Assembly (NCBI GenBank): GCA_047495785.1
Contig: JBLDXI010000042.1
Coordinates: 2,790,001-2,854,000, forward strand
Reading direction: 5' to 3'
Source: Lepidodermella squamata
Lineage: Eukaryota; Animalia; Gastrotricha
DNA length: 64,000 nucleotides
The position numbers were made by a program, and so were the translations under genes. Numbering within the stretch: the stretch's first letter is position 1; every line of letters starts with the position of its first letter. Below the pieces are notes generated by a model. That model did not search any database. It was not told where the DNA came from and worked only from the letters and a program-made list of their open reading frames with translations. Positions 25,725-39,354 of this stretch are shown here, piece after piece.

Positions 25725-28700
25725 ATGTTTCGCTCGGAATACACGGTGACCGTGCGCCGCGGAGTGGTAGCTGTAACTAGCAATAACAACGTGACAAATA
25801 GCACCCAGGCGCAGCAGGGCCCGGCTGCCGCATTAACACCAGCCCATCAGTCCAGTTTTTTGTCACCCGACGCTAATAACTTGAGTCAATTATCGCCAAC
25901 CAGTGATAACGCCAGCAGCTGCAATAAAATGCCGACAGGCAGGTCAGTAGCCGCGACCAGGGTGTCCACGCGGCGATCGGCGATCGAGAATAACGGCGCC
26001 GCTTCTTCATCACCGTCACCCCGCCGAACGTCATGCACTGTGTGTACGCCTAATAATAGCAGCACTGCTTCAGGTAATCCAAGTAACAACGGCGTGACGC
26101 TGTCAATAAACGCGCGAAACACTGCTAACCGGTTGTCGAAACGCCAGCAACAGCTATTACCGGTGCCAGCAGCCGCCAAAGCCATGTCACTAACAACTAA
26201 GCGGTTAGTTCTTCTTCATGTCAATAATTACAAGTGTTTAGCATGACATCAGCGACGTGCTACCTGTCTATCTCGGCCGCTCGAGTTAATTATAAATGTC
26301 TTGCGACCTCGAGAGTCGCATTATTTATCACAACAAAGCGCGCACGGGTTCCAACTTGGAACCGCGCGCAAATACACAGGACAGGAGAAAAAAAACACAC
26401 ACAGAAATTATTATTATCATCAGCCGTGATGTATCTTGTTGTTTATTTGTTGTTTCAAAATCTTTTTCGGTCACCTGCGCGCGCGCTAAAAAAACGCGGC
26501 TAGAAGTGCTTTTTCGCCTCGCAATAACAAGCAGCGACGCACAGCGTCTTTTTTAAGGAGGCGCGGCCGCCCTCTCAAAAACGCGCCGCTATGAAGCTAT
26601 TTGTTAATAACGTGAAACGCCGATCTTGCCCTGTTATTTACCCGCTAACACGTGCCGTTAGCGGACGTTTATCCTAGAAATGACTACCTATGTGTCCATA
26701 TAGCCTGCCGGCTGCTAAGAGGCGAGGCTGGGCCGCGGCCAGGAAATTTGCTTTCAGCAACTATTTTGTCGCGAAGGGGTGAAAAAATCATCGCCTGTCA
26801 TTTCGCAAAAAGCACTGATTCAGTACGCACCGGCTACAATTTCTTTTGTCCTTGTTTTCTTTTCCTTTATCTACAGGAAATAATTTTTTTACACATCACG
26901 CAAGTCTCAATTTTTCAATTTTATTGTGTAAACTCAATAATATGCATAACGCAAAGTAATAAAAATTTATTTATGACGGATATTTTCTCAATTGTTTGCC
27001 ATGCTATAGCAAATATAATCTGATTTAGCTATTTATTCCGCGATTTTATAGAGAAAACAGCATTTTTACGATTCAATATATTATTTATTTACGGCCGGCA
27101 GCGCTATAGCCAGCAACATCAAAGCTGTTTTAGATTATTAGCTTAAAAATTCAAGATTTATGCGTTTTTCAATTATTATTCCCCCGAATTATATATAATA
27201 CGACGGCGCCGTCTTATAAAAATTAATCTGCTGCCTTTAACCTCCACAAAATTTTCACCAATATTCTGACCAGTATACACCTTTTTATCTCGTAATTTTT
27301 CACGTTATAAATTAGTCATCTCTAATATGCACAATTCAGCTAGATCGAGGTAAGGGTGTCTTCAATATAATATATTATACGCTTGTTTTATTTACCCTGG
27401 CGCGCGTTCGCAAATTCCTAGCCAGTGACAATGTGCCTCGCCAAGTCATCTCGCGTTTTGTCTCGAGATGCGAAAACTTCTTTTTAATGTTGAAAATTAA
27501 ATTACAACACCAAAAACACGCGTGCGGTGTTATGTACACTTAGATGCGATATATATATTTCTTGACCGGTCAAATATACAGCGCCCAATTTGCTGTTTGT
27601 TGTTGTTATATATATATATAATGTGGGCATAGGAAAAATATATCTGGCGCTGTTGTTGTTGTTTTCAGTTGGCAGCAGGCGGCATCATCATCTTTATTTA
27701 GGGTTCGTGTCACCAACCACCAAGTTGATGATGATGAAGATGAAGAAGATGTCTTTTGTACACAAAATGAAGCGCGCGCTTATCATGTACTCCCGTTAAT
27801 TTGCCTCGCGTATAGGTAGGTATAAAAGACATCAAGATATACTATATATCAGGCCGTTTTGTCCGGTTGGTTGTCATGAACCCCGAGAACAATAGGCTAT
27901 CATTTTAATATAACATCTTAGATATATATTTCTGATGTTATTATTTATGTTTTGTTTTTGTTTATATCGCCGCTCCGTTTTTCCATTACCTCTCTACTTA
28001 CATGATTTAGGTGCATACAACACGGAGTATCGTTTTGTTGCCGTGCGATGCTGATGATGATGACGATGATGATGCCTCAAAACAACAATGAGCCGGCTTG
28101 TTCGCGTCATTATTAGACGCGCGCGAGCACTAGTTTTTATTACATGCGCGCGCGATATTTTGTTGTACAAAAATGTGCGCGTATATACAACGCGCTCGTG
28201 ACAAATTTCACGCTCGCGCTCTTTTGATCTTTTTTTTCGCGCTTGAAATTTTCGCGCATTTCAACACGTCCAACCGGGCCGTGAAATTGCCGCCTCAAGT
28301 CACGTCTTGTTTATCGATTATTATTTAAAACACCACTCAATTTTTCTTCGTTCTAGAAGGCACTCAGAAAAATTTGGCCGCAAATTATGTTTTAAGCTGG
28401 ATTTTTTTTTTACAAAACATGATTACAGACGACTTCCCGGCTATTGACGCCGATTCGCTATCAAGCGATGACGACGTTCAGCCGGTTCTTAATAAAGAAC
28501 CGAAAGTCGTTGAAACGCCTAACTTGGATTACGCAGCGGATGCTGAAAATAACGCAAATTCAAGTTCAAATTCAAGCTCAAGCGGCGAGATAGAGCACGA
28601 TCGCGATGAAATTATGATAACCGCTTTGGAGTTGATTAACAATAACCATGATATGTTTAGCTCGAGCTCTGGCGTCGACTCGAAGCACGACAGTACGACA

Positions 28701-31700
28701 GATTCGGGCAGCAATAATACGAGTCGAAACAAAAGTCCAACTGAAATTTTGGTTGAAATCGCGCCAACAAAAGCCGAAAACAGCGCAAATGTCGAGACGA
28801 ATGAGATTAACCAGGAATTATTAAATGAAATAACCACGCCGACACCAACATTGCAAGCCGATGATGTGCCGCCGCCGCCGCCGCATGAGTCATCTCACGA
28901 TGAGTCATCATCGCCAACTCACCTCAACGTTGAGGCGTTAGAAGAAGTTGTCGAAATTGAAGCGCCGCGAATTGGCTTCTTAGGCAAAACTGTCACTTCG
29001 CCTCGGCCGCCGTCCTACTCGCCAACAATTAGCAGTGGCCGAACTTTGAACAGCCGCCAATCTGACAGCATGCCAAGTGAACCGGAACCACCTCGGCCTG
29101 TGCTAACAATCGAGACACTGAACTGCAACAGCCCGTCGCCGGCTAAAATTAACGTTTTCACCGAGTCGCGGAATAATTCCGAAGATGACCAGTTGAAGCG
29201 GCATTTGGAGAAACTTCACAAGGTCCCATTTGGCCGATCTCGGGCTGAAATATGCCGAAATTGCACGAGTTTCGACGAGGCCGTGGCGCGAACGCAACGA
29301 GATGCTGTTTTAAGTGATCAGCAAATGTGGCGAAATTTGCAGTTTGTAATTCGAGAAAAATACACGGCTTTCGCGAAGCTGGAGGCAATTTCTAGGATTC
29401 AGGAGAAAGTTCAGGAGCTCGTCGGCTTCGTTGATTCGTCAATTTTAACGAATAGCTGCTGGTCGTCAGGCGCGAATAAGCTTCATTCAAGTGTGACGAA
29501 GACGCAACGTGGCTCAGCCTCGCCGGCTTCTGCGACGAAAGAACTGCCTGATGATCTGGAAATTATGCTACAGCTGATAGGAAACGAGATTGATGCTTCT
29601 CAAGCGTTGTCAAGTTGGCTCATGCAGAGCGTAGAAAGTGCTTGCCTGCATTTGGAAAATGCCTCAAAATTCTACCAGGTAAGCCATCGGATCGAATTTT
29701 CGGGAAAATGTCCAAAATTAGGTCAAGATTCGAAAATTCGGAAAGCCGAGGAAACAAGAGAAAATTTGTATAACACTGCCCTGGAACCTTTGAACCCCAA
29801 TTCCAATTTAAATTACCGAAATTATGAATTTTCGTGACTTGGGCATTTTCTGGAAGTAATTTTCCATCTTTGAGGATTTTTAAAGGAATTTTCTTGAATT
29901 TTCTAAATTTTTTATTCTTTCTTAGTTCGAATCTGAACTCGGCCATTGTTACAGCTGGATGGCTAGTTCTCTCGAGGCAGCTAGCCAAAAGCTGGATCAT
30001 CTCGTTGGTACCGGCTATTGCAACTGGGAGAAGAGCAAATTTAACGAGGCCCCATCTTGGCTAGCCGCTTGCCATCAGGAGATCGACGTAAGTCTTAACA
30101 TTTTCCTGCTATCTATTTAATGAAACTCGGATTATAATTCACGTTATTTAATCTTATTTGTTTTACATGATAATCGTTTTAGCAATGCACGCGACTGTTG
30201 TACTTTTGGCAAGAGAAAGTCGACCGGCTGTTGGCGGCGGCGCGGCGCCTCAGCCCCGTCAACAAACGCTCGCCGACACAACGTGGCATTTACACGCCGG
30301 GCGATTCGGGCAAAACGAGCGGCACATCCTTCACGGTATCGCCATCCTCAACCAGCAGTGGTATCATTAGCGGTGGTGGTAGTAGCAATAACAACGCCGC
30401 GAATAGTTCGGTGCCAGCTCGTTTACTGCTCGACTACTTTACGGGCGCCGACCTGGCGACACCTTCACTGGGCCGAGGCGCGAAAGTCAACGTCAGCCAT
30501 ATGAACAGCGCGCGTAGTGCCGAGCTGCCCAACTACTGGCAGGTCGAGAAAGCTTCGCCGACTTCACCGTCAACTTTCCAGCCCAGCTACGACGTGCCTA
30601 ACTACGCTTGCGAACTTACGCTCACCGAACAGGAAATGCACGATCGACTCGAAGTCGTCAATGAGTAAGTTTTTTTCGATGCACCCTGTCCCAATAAAAA
30701 ACATCTCACTTTATCACCGTATTTAACCAGGGAAAATATTTTCATTAAGGAATGGATCAGATACTTTGGGAAAAGCTGGTCATCGAATCCTATCGAATCT
30801 TTTTTCTTAATCCTATTACGTGATACTTTGGGATAAGCTGGTCATCGAATCCTATCGAATCTTTTTTCTTAATCCTATTACGTGACCCATTTGGCTCTGT
30901 TATTTTTGCGACATTACATGACGAAAAAAGCAGCATATTTTCCTCATAATGAAAGCTGATAGCTTCCATTTCATATATTTCTTTCGGGCAGTTAAATTCG
31001 GTAAAATCCTAATGGTAAAATCCATTAGGCCAGATTCGGGAAATATTTCGATTAGCAATTTGATTAAATTAAACTATGACCCAATTTAAATTACGTGCAA
31101 TAATTCGAGTTATACTTATTCAGAACGTCAAAACTAGGCAGAATAGGATCGATTTGGACCTAAACTTGAGGTTTATTTAATTTCGGTACATTCCGACAAA
31201 AATCAACATCAGAACCTTTAAGTATCAAATGGACAGTAGCTGGTAACATAATTATGTCTAAGTAAAATGCAGCTGTTTAAACCATAAATCTTGGGGTCCG
31301 TAAATTTTTGGTATTTATTAGGAAATCGAGTTCTAGCGGAATGCCTTTGCATTTTTATAGTATTTTTAGCCATGATTATTTGACAAGATTTTTCCCACTT
31401 TTATTATTGAATTTTTCGAAAAAACAAGAATTCCTAGTGAATTTGTTTTGAATTTTTTCTGCTCAAATCTGGGCCATACAATTTTGAGCCTATGTTGATG
31501 CTTCTGACTTATGTGACCAACAGAGTCGCTGGAATGCTGATAACGTCCGGCCGCGATTTGCTGCAATCACTGCACAACTTCGTGTACGCGTTCATCCGCG
31601 CCAATTTCCCGCCAATCGACGACCACCGCGCGCAGCTGCTGATGAGTCTGGAACTTCGCGAGAAGCTCGATTCGTTAAACGTCATCGACGCTACGATCGA

Positions 31701-33408
31701 TTTCGTCTCGCGAACCTCCAACGAATCGAGCGAAAAATCGCACCTTTTAGACTTGCTACACGCCTATCGAGGCGCGTTACTCAACGAGCGGAAAACCAAT
31801 GGTGTGGAACCGGCGCTTGCCGGCTCCGGCGTTCAGGTTTTCACCAACGTCGAGCTGCTTAAGGAACTACTCATCAAAGCCACGAGTTTGGACTCGTACT
31901 GGGAGGCCTTCGCTCAACGAGCGATCAGCCTCCGAGATTTCGACTACGAGCCCGAATTGAATGGCGGTGATGATTCATCATCAGGCCAACGATTCTTCCG
32001 CAACACAGTGAATTGGCAGAAAGTTATCGACCTGGAAGAGCCACAGCCAAGTCGCGGCATCATGTTGCCGATTCTAGTTGACATGGCTGTTCAAACCGAG
32101 GGTGGCTTCTCGCCGCGGCCGATCAGCCCTCCGACTGTCGTGACAGAGTCATTTGTTGAACATTCAGTATCAGCTGAGGTGATATCGAAAGAAAGGCCGT
32201 CGAGCACGGGCACGAATGCGTCATCGGACGACGCGGCATCGACGGCCGAAAGTGATATGGTTGTTCAGTCGGAAGTTGCCGAGGAACGTCGCCGGTTCAC
32301 GATCAAGGGCGTGGTGCGATCGGGTGCTAAAAATAATGGGTCACGTGACCTTATGTCTTGGCGCGAGGTAAGTTATTAAAAATAGGTCAAATTTTTTATT
32401 TTTTTTTCAATAATTTTTATTTAATAGGCAATTTCACTGGGCATCGTCGATCCTAATGCTGGTACGTGTAAAGACTTGGAGAATCCTTACTCTCGTGAGC
32501 GCATTCCTATACCCGTGGCCATCGCTCGTGGTCTAATCGTAGTCGAACACCAAAGCGAGACTGAAGTGTTGCGCCGCGAGCAAAAAACCGAACATGTCGT
32601 TGTGTCGCGACCCGGCTCGCGGCGCTACAAAGACCGGCCTGTTATCACAGTGTCGCAAGCCAACAACACTAATAATTCCTTCGACGAAGTGACGACACCA
32701 AAGCCGCGAGCTACAACAATCTTCGTGCCAGACAACGACAACACGCCGCCTATAATTAGCAACCAAATAGCTGCGAGAGTAGATGACGATAAAAAATCGA
32801 TTGACTGCTCGTCGTCGTCATCGTCGTCGTGCAGCCGGCCGCTATCTATTTCGCCATCAGGCGCCTCGACGTACCACAACATCCCGCCGCCGCCATCTGT
32901 CGACGATCACCATCATCCGCCGAGACCGGCAGTTATCCAGCCTAAACAGCAACAAACATCGCCGCCGGGTGCGATGAAACCACGCACTACAGTTCTCATT
33001 AGCCGCGAGAAATTGGCGTCGGGCGCCGCCGCTGCAGCGACCCGGGCGTCAAATACTCAGCCGCCGCTGCAGCAACAACAGCCACCAACAACTTACATCG
33101 CATCGGCGTTTGTCGATGAAAACAGCGGCAATAATATTAGCAATAACGCGGTTGTGAACAAAACGCGAACTGTCATGTCGCTGATTCACGCGCAGTTGGA
33201 AAAAGATTTGAAATTTAGAACAGCCCCGTCACCTTCGCCGACTGAAAGCCGCCGAAGCGTAACCACCCCCGTCACCCCGAATAAATCATCCGTCACGGAT
33301 ATTGAGCCGCTCAGCCCTGTCGACGCAGCACCTAAAGCGCCGGTTCGATCAAATGTCGGCGCTCGAGGCTCGGTTCGAAAAATGGCTAAATTTTTCGAGC
33401 AAAAATGA
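25725..33408 (+). CDS. Large multi-exon protein with low-complexity regions and plectin/plakin-repeat-like motifs
   Basis: Collinear + strand ORFs (25725, ~28429-29678, ~29929-30087, ~30202-30664, ~31523-32367, ~32429-33408) with splice signals; RFTIKGV...MSWRE|AISLGIVDPNAGTCKD...RIPIPVAIARGLIVVE resembles plectin repeats. The link to the first exon is uncertain. Confidence 0.55.
30760..30883. repeat. 62-bp tandem duplication in an intron
   Basis: GATACTTTGGGA(A/T)AAGCTGGTCATCGAATCCTATCGAATCTTTTTTCTTAATCCTATTACGT twice, 1 mismatch. Confidence 0.9.
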
Positions 33409-33953
33409 TTGAAAAAAATCGCAATTTAATTTATTATTTAATAACTGCAGGGAAAAGCTTGTAGCTAAAAATACTGTGCCTTTCGTTACCCGAAAAAAAT
33501 GTCGATTTTAGGCTGGAAATAAAAGTATCTTTATCCACCTGAATATTGTTGCGTAAAACCGTCTCATTCAGCAGCTAAATAATTCCTGCCTCAGCTTTTC
33601 TTTTGTTAATATTTCAAGGTGGATATTATAATATTCGTTTCAAAATATTCTGTAAATTATTATTATATCACGAAAAATAAATAAAATTATTCAATTGACA
33701 ACTATTCCGACTTGTTTAATTGTACAGCGACACGTACGATTTTATTTGAATGTTTCTCCATGTTGTAAATATCCAGGTAAATATATTTATATTTTTGTAG
33801 TACACAATAATGCAAAGCAACTTTCCATTTTTTTTTCATCTCACAAATACACAAAAGTGAAGATTATTTATCAATTGTCGTAGACATCCGCCGGACCGAC
33901 TCTTCCATTTCACGTTCGTTTTTCCGCGCTATCTTTCCAATACAGGCAATACA

Positions 33954-33984
<31 letters not shown>
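33954..33984. repeat. (GA)n microsatellite
   Basis: AGAGAGAGATAGAGAGAGAGAGAGAGAGAGA read directly. Confidence 0.85.
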
Positions 33985-35167
33985 ATTTGTTTATTGTACA
34001 CAGCAAGAACAAAATTTCTCGAATAATGTTATCGCATCCTCAATGATAACAATGATATAACAATATTTTTTATTTATTCATCATTTTAATTTACATAGCA
34101 AACAGAAAAACGTGTGAATTGATTGAATGAAGCACTCGATCTACCACCACGAGATATCCAGTGGTCACCGGCACCTATAAAGTGCCACTGCGTCGCGTGT
34201 GAAATAAGTATCATAAATCCGGGGCTTGTCGCGTCGAAATGTAACAAAAACTTCGACACAGTGTCTCATGGTTAAATTAAGCGCGATGTAAACAAAAAGA
34301 GGACTACATACAGAACCACATGGCAGCCGCTGTAACCTATTCAATATAGATATGCAGTTTTTATCAACAAAATTTCGCCACAAAAATCCCGATACCGCGA
34401 TATACTGACTGACTATCAAAAATTTCAGTTTTCATAATGCACTTTGCCATCTCAAAATCGATACGCCGCTTTCAAGGTGTAGTAGAGTTTTGTTGCCGAT
34501 TATCGCAGGAAATTTTGGCGTAGATTATCACGCGATGAGATGGTAATGATAATAATATGAATGACAAACAAAAAGAGACTGGATATAGCTTTTGTCGCCA
34601 GCAATGTCGCACTTCAAAAATGCGAGCTATGATGCTTAAAGCCTGCTAATCATTCATCTAGACCACATTACGCGCTGCTATAATAACGATATTGCTATCA
34701 TTATTACATCAATGGTTAAATATATAGATAAAAAGAAGCGTCGAATATTTGTTTTATGAATGCGATTTTAGTTAAAAACGGCGAGATATTTCTCAAGTTA
34801 GCACAAATACTCATTGAAATGATTGATTATTCCGTGGCATTTTTCGATATCTCACCAAATATATTATTCATAATGCTAATAAAAGCCGCATATATCAATT
34901 ATTTTTCAACTAGAGTGCGGGAGATATGTGTTTGTTTTGTCAGTTCGAGATGAATCATTTAGGAATAGAATAATAATTTCTTCAAGTATGAATGAATGAT
35001 GAAAAAAAAGAATCAGAAGTGTATTGAGGAATACGGGAACAGCCATTTTTTGTACACATTTTCGTTTGCCGATAATTTTTTTTATACGAAAGTTGTTAGT
35101 TCTTGTTAGTTCAACCTATATAGCGAATTTGAAGTACAAGGCAGGCCTAGCAAACGGGGCGGTTGGA

Positions 35168-37276
35168 TCAACGCCCTCCGCCGGCTTGCTCCTCGTTTCC
35201 GCCTTCGTCTTCGACGCCTTCTTGACCGGGTGCTGCGGCTGCCGGACCGCCTGCCGCCGGTTCCATTGGCGCCGCGGGTTGAGGCATCATCATCGGTTGC
35301 ATGTATTGCGGTTGTTCTTGCTTTTGACCGGTCATTACGTACACTAGAATTCAGGGGAAAAATAACAGGCACAAATTAGCGAAGTCGAATTTGGTGAATA
35401 AATAATAAAAATTGATTGGCTGTGTTCACAATCGATTATTTTTCGCCTCATTATAAAATTTTAAAACAAATTCAAACAGAAATTTATGGACTAACGATCA
35501 GCTTGTTCTACCGTAATTTTCTTTGAGAATTTCTTTTAGAAAAAATGGGAAAAAAAGGAAATTTTTTAAATTTAAACTTGAGTAGGAAAAAATTTGGCTA
35601 AAAATAAATTCCAAATAAATTTGAATCAATTTTACTAAAAAAAATTTTATAATAATAAAATAATAAAATAATAAAAATCCGTATTTAATTCCCTTCAATA
35701 ATTTTTTTGAAATGTTCTCGAAATTTCTTTACCCAAATTAATGATTCTAGACTCAATTTTTTAAAAACTGTAAGTAATTATTAGTGAACGCGTATGCCAA
35801 TCAATTTTTATAAATAACTTCATGTTTAAGTTTTGGCCCTTGAATTCAACTAAAATAGTTCTATGCAGGAAGCAGATCGACGATAGCATAGGGTAGATTG
35901 CCTTGTCTAGGAAATCAGGCGATCTTCTTACCGATAATGATAACGATGACTACGACCAAGACACCGCCTAATATCAGCCACATCTGCCGGGCGGAAATTA
36001 AGGTTCCAGGTAGGTAGATGATAGGTAGTCAAAGCGCGGCGGACGACAACAACGCAAATACGTGAGAAGCGAACATAAAATTGAAAAAAGGAAAAACAAA
36101 ACATAGTAAAACAGACGCCATATGATTTTAAAATTAAGGTAGAATATGAAACTCAAAGTTAGACCACAGCGCCTTTTGACGATCTAACAAAAGGCGCAAC
36201 TAAGGAAAATTGATCAAAAACCCAAAATGCAACACGACGACATTGATAAAGGTAATTTAAGCAGGAATCAAGGGCCAAATTATTTTTTTTCAAAATAAAA
36301 ACCAGGCTGATTTTCAGCGTCATTTCTGCTTACCGACGACAGCAATAATCACGACGGCAACAACGCCGACCAGAATGAGGGTCATCTGATTTTTTTAATT
36401 TTCAAATGTTTTTTTTTAATATTTTCGGATTATTTCGATCGAGACTAATGCACTCTATAAATAAACCTACCTGAAATCGATATTAAATTAAAAAAATACA
36501 CAACATGAAAAACAACACAGATGGGCCGCCCCGGGAGATAATCCCTCTAAGCTATGATGAAAATAGAAAAAATAAGGGTACCTTCAAATTCTCCCACCAA
36601 AATTTCCGCTTCAACCGCACTGCACTTCTTTCAAAATGTTGAGCCGATGTTTGGAGATGCTCTAAATAAAAATAACGGAAAACAATAACAAAACAACACA
36701 AGACAACAACAAAATAGTTATATTAAAGCTTCCTTAATTTTTGGGACTGGTGGGTGGTTCATTTTTGACACAGACAAATGAACAAAACGAAAAACAAACA
36801 AACGAGACGACATTTAAAAGATCGAATAGCACACCTTCATATTTTGCCACCAGAATTTGTTCTTAAGTTTACCGGCACTTTGTTCGAAGCGCGATGCGCC
36901 GACCTGTAGGGCCTCTTTAAATCGAATAGAATTTCAGGTTAAAAATTCGAAATTTCGTAAACTGGGGATTTTTCGCGGATAGACTAAATTCGGGGTACTT
37001 ACCTGCCCTGTTGTCGAGTTCTGAGAGTTTCTGATCACGTTCGAGCACTTTTTCGACGTTGACACGCATAATATCGACAACCTCATCAACTTGAGCCTGC
37101 GTTTGCTGAAGACGTTTGCTGGGCATGTATGTACGAGGGGGTTCGCCGCGACCTCCTGCGCCGCCTGTCGACGCACCCTCAGCGGCACCAGCATTAGCTG
37201 GCGGGGCACCACCTTTTGCTGCCCTAAAATATGCCAAAATAGTTTCGACGCAACATTTTCGAAGTGAAACTTACAT
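35168..37276 (-). CDS. VAMP: Synaptobrevin/VAMP (neuronal-type R-SNARE) with alternative exons 3A/3B and 4A/4B and a long luminal tail
   Basis: Exon 1 ends in AT|gtaag (start codon split); exon 2 [39 protein letters not shown]; exons 36914-36835 and 36661-36582 (both ...FWW.N.K); TM exons 36385-36334 and 35983-35932; last exon 35343-35168. Confidence 0.93.
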
Positions 37277-39354
37277 TTAGCAGAACAGCGAGTAATGAAA
37301 TGATAAAAAAGGAGGATTAAATGGTCTCTAAATCAACAGAAATTCACGATGTATAGAAATGCACTTGCCGACAAATCTTCAAGACACACAAAAGTTCTAA
37401 TATTTAGCTGGGAGGTGAATTGTGCGCTAATAATGATTTCTTTAAAAAGCTGCCGTCATGTTTATGCCCCGTTGTAACAATTTATAAATAAGTACAACAG
37501 GGGGAATAGCCGTCATCATCGACATATATATCGTCTACTACATCACTGTAAAATCTATCCTTATATATTTTCTAATAATGCCCACATTTATTCTCGTGTG
37601 TGTGGCACGCAGTTATAAAACTCTGTGTATATTTGGATGTACAAAGGGTACATTTTCGATTGATCACGACGAAAAAGCGCGCATAAATATACAATATATA
37701 TGTATACACATAGACGAGCGAGTGTGAGCGAAGTATAAATGCAAAGCGCGTCGTCTCCTCTCGCCGCGCGCGATGTGCCACGGCGAATCTGCAGTAAAAT
37801 ACAAGCTCAAAAAACTGGAAATGCGAAATCGATAAAAATTGATGGAAATATTTTGGGCGCCTTCGTCGTCTGCCGTCGTCGATTTCACAGCAGAGCCTTA
37901 TTATTATACACCTAATACGATGAGGCATATATTCGTGAACACACACGACGGCAGAGCGGAAAAAATCGATCGCTCTTGAGAGCGAGAAGCGAGGGTCTAC
38001 GAAGATGTGGCCGTGTGTGAAACATCAGCCGAAACAATACAACACTACTCGCCAGTGCATTCATCGGCAGCCTAAATCACAATATTGCGCAAAAATCGAA
38101 AAATCATAGGGACGATGCAATGAGTAATGCAAACAAAAAATGACGTTAGCGAACTTTGAATGCCGCTGACCGGGCAAGAGCATTTATTGGGTCAGGATAT
38201 AATGTCAGATTTCTATTCGCCGCTGCGCTGAGAGAGTACTTTGTAATTTGTAATGCGTTAAAACACATCGAGACAAAAAAGAGTATTCTTAATCCTTCCA
38301 CAATCTAATCATCATTCGGTGAAAATTTACATTATCCTAATAAAAGAATGACGTAAATGATGGGAGGATATTCTGAAAATAATGATTGAAGCGGCCTGAA
38401 ACAGCTGATTCCCATTAATTTCAGCCTGGAACGAATTACCGAGGAAATATGCACAAGCTTATTCAAGACGAAACTACATGCATAATAGTTAAGTGACGTC
38501 ATGTTAATTTCATTGTACGAAAAGCAAAGCTAAAAGACGTCGTTGGTAAGATGTCAGAATTGAACAAGTAATGAAACGTTTCAGTGTGTTGAAATAAACA
38601 TTTGCGTAGAATGACTTATGCACCTTGCAATCATTAGCTCCACGATAAGCCTTTTCTGCGAGGCAAATGAAGCATCCCACAAATCAAACCATGTGCAATG
38701 TTCGAAATGTTACAAGGCAATTAATTTATGATCTATGACTTGTTCCAATCTTGATGATTTTGATGAAAGAATCTCAGATCATGGCTAATCAGCAGGGTGC
38801 CGTGCAAATTCAATACTCCAGTTCACGACTCGGCGTAACACGCTGGATATCATGGAAGAATTTCATATTGAAAGGAAACCCATAAATTTGCCAATCGGCC
38901 AGGTCAGACTTAAATAATTACAAATGCTCGGAGCATACAGCCAATAAGGAGTTTCTTATCTAAATCTGTAAATATGTGAAGGGCGTGTCAAGCAATTAAC
39001 GCAACGAACTGCAGAACGAGGAAGGCAAGTAACTGGACAAATACTTACTTGTATCCATGACCACAGAGCCCTGATCCCTGCACGCCTCAACTCCAGGTAA
39101 CTCCCTCTTTCTACCTTTATGTAAAATGTCATCTCTCCCCGTCATATTTCTCCATAATATGAAGAGGCCGAATAAATTTCGGAGAACGATTTCCAGTGTT
39201 CACGGTCCATGATTTGATGCAATGCTACGAAGAAGTCAGATCATTGTCAAAATTCAGACTATAATGTAAGCATGTCACACAATCGCTTATCGCTTGAACA
39301 CTTTGAAACCTAAGATCATCATCATCATCATTTTATTGTTTTCCTTCTGATTGC

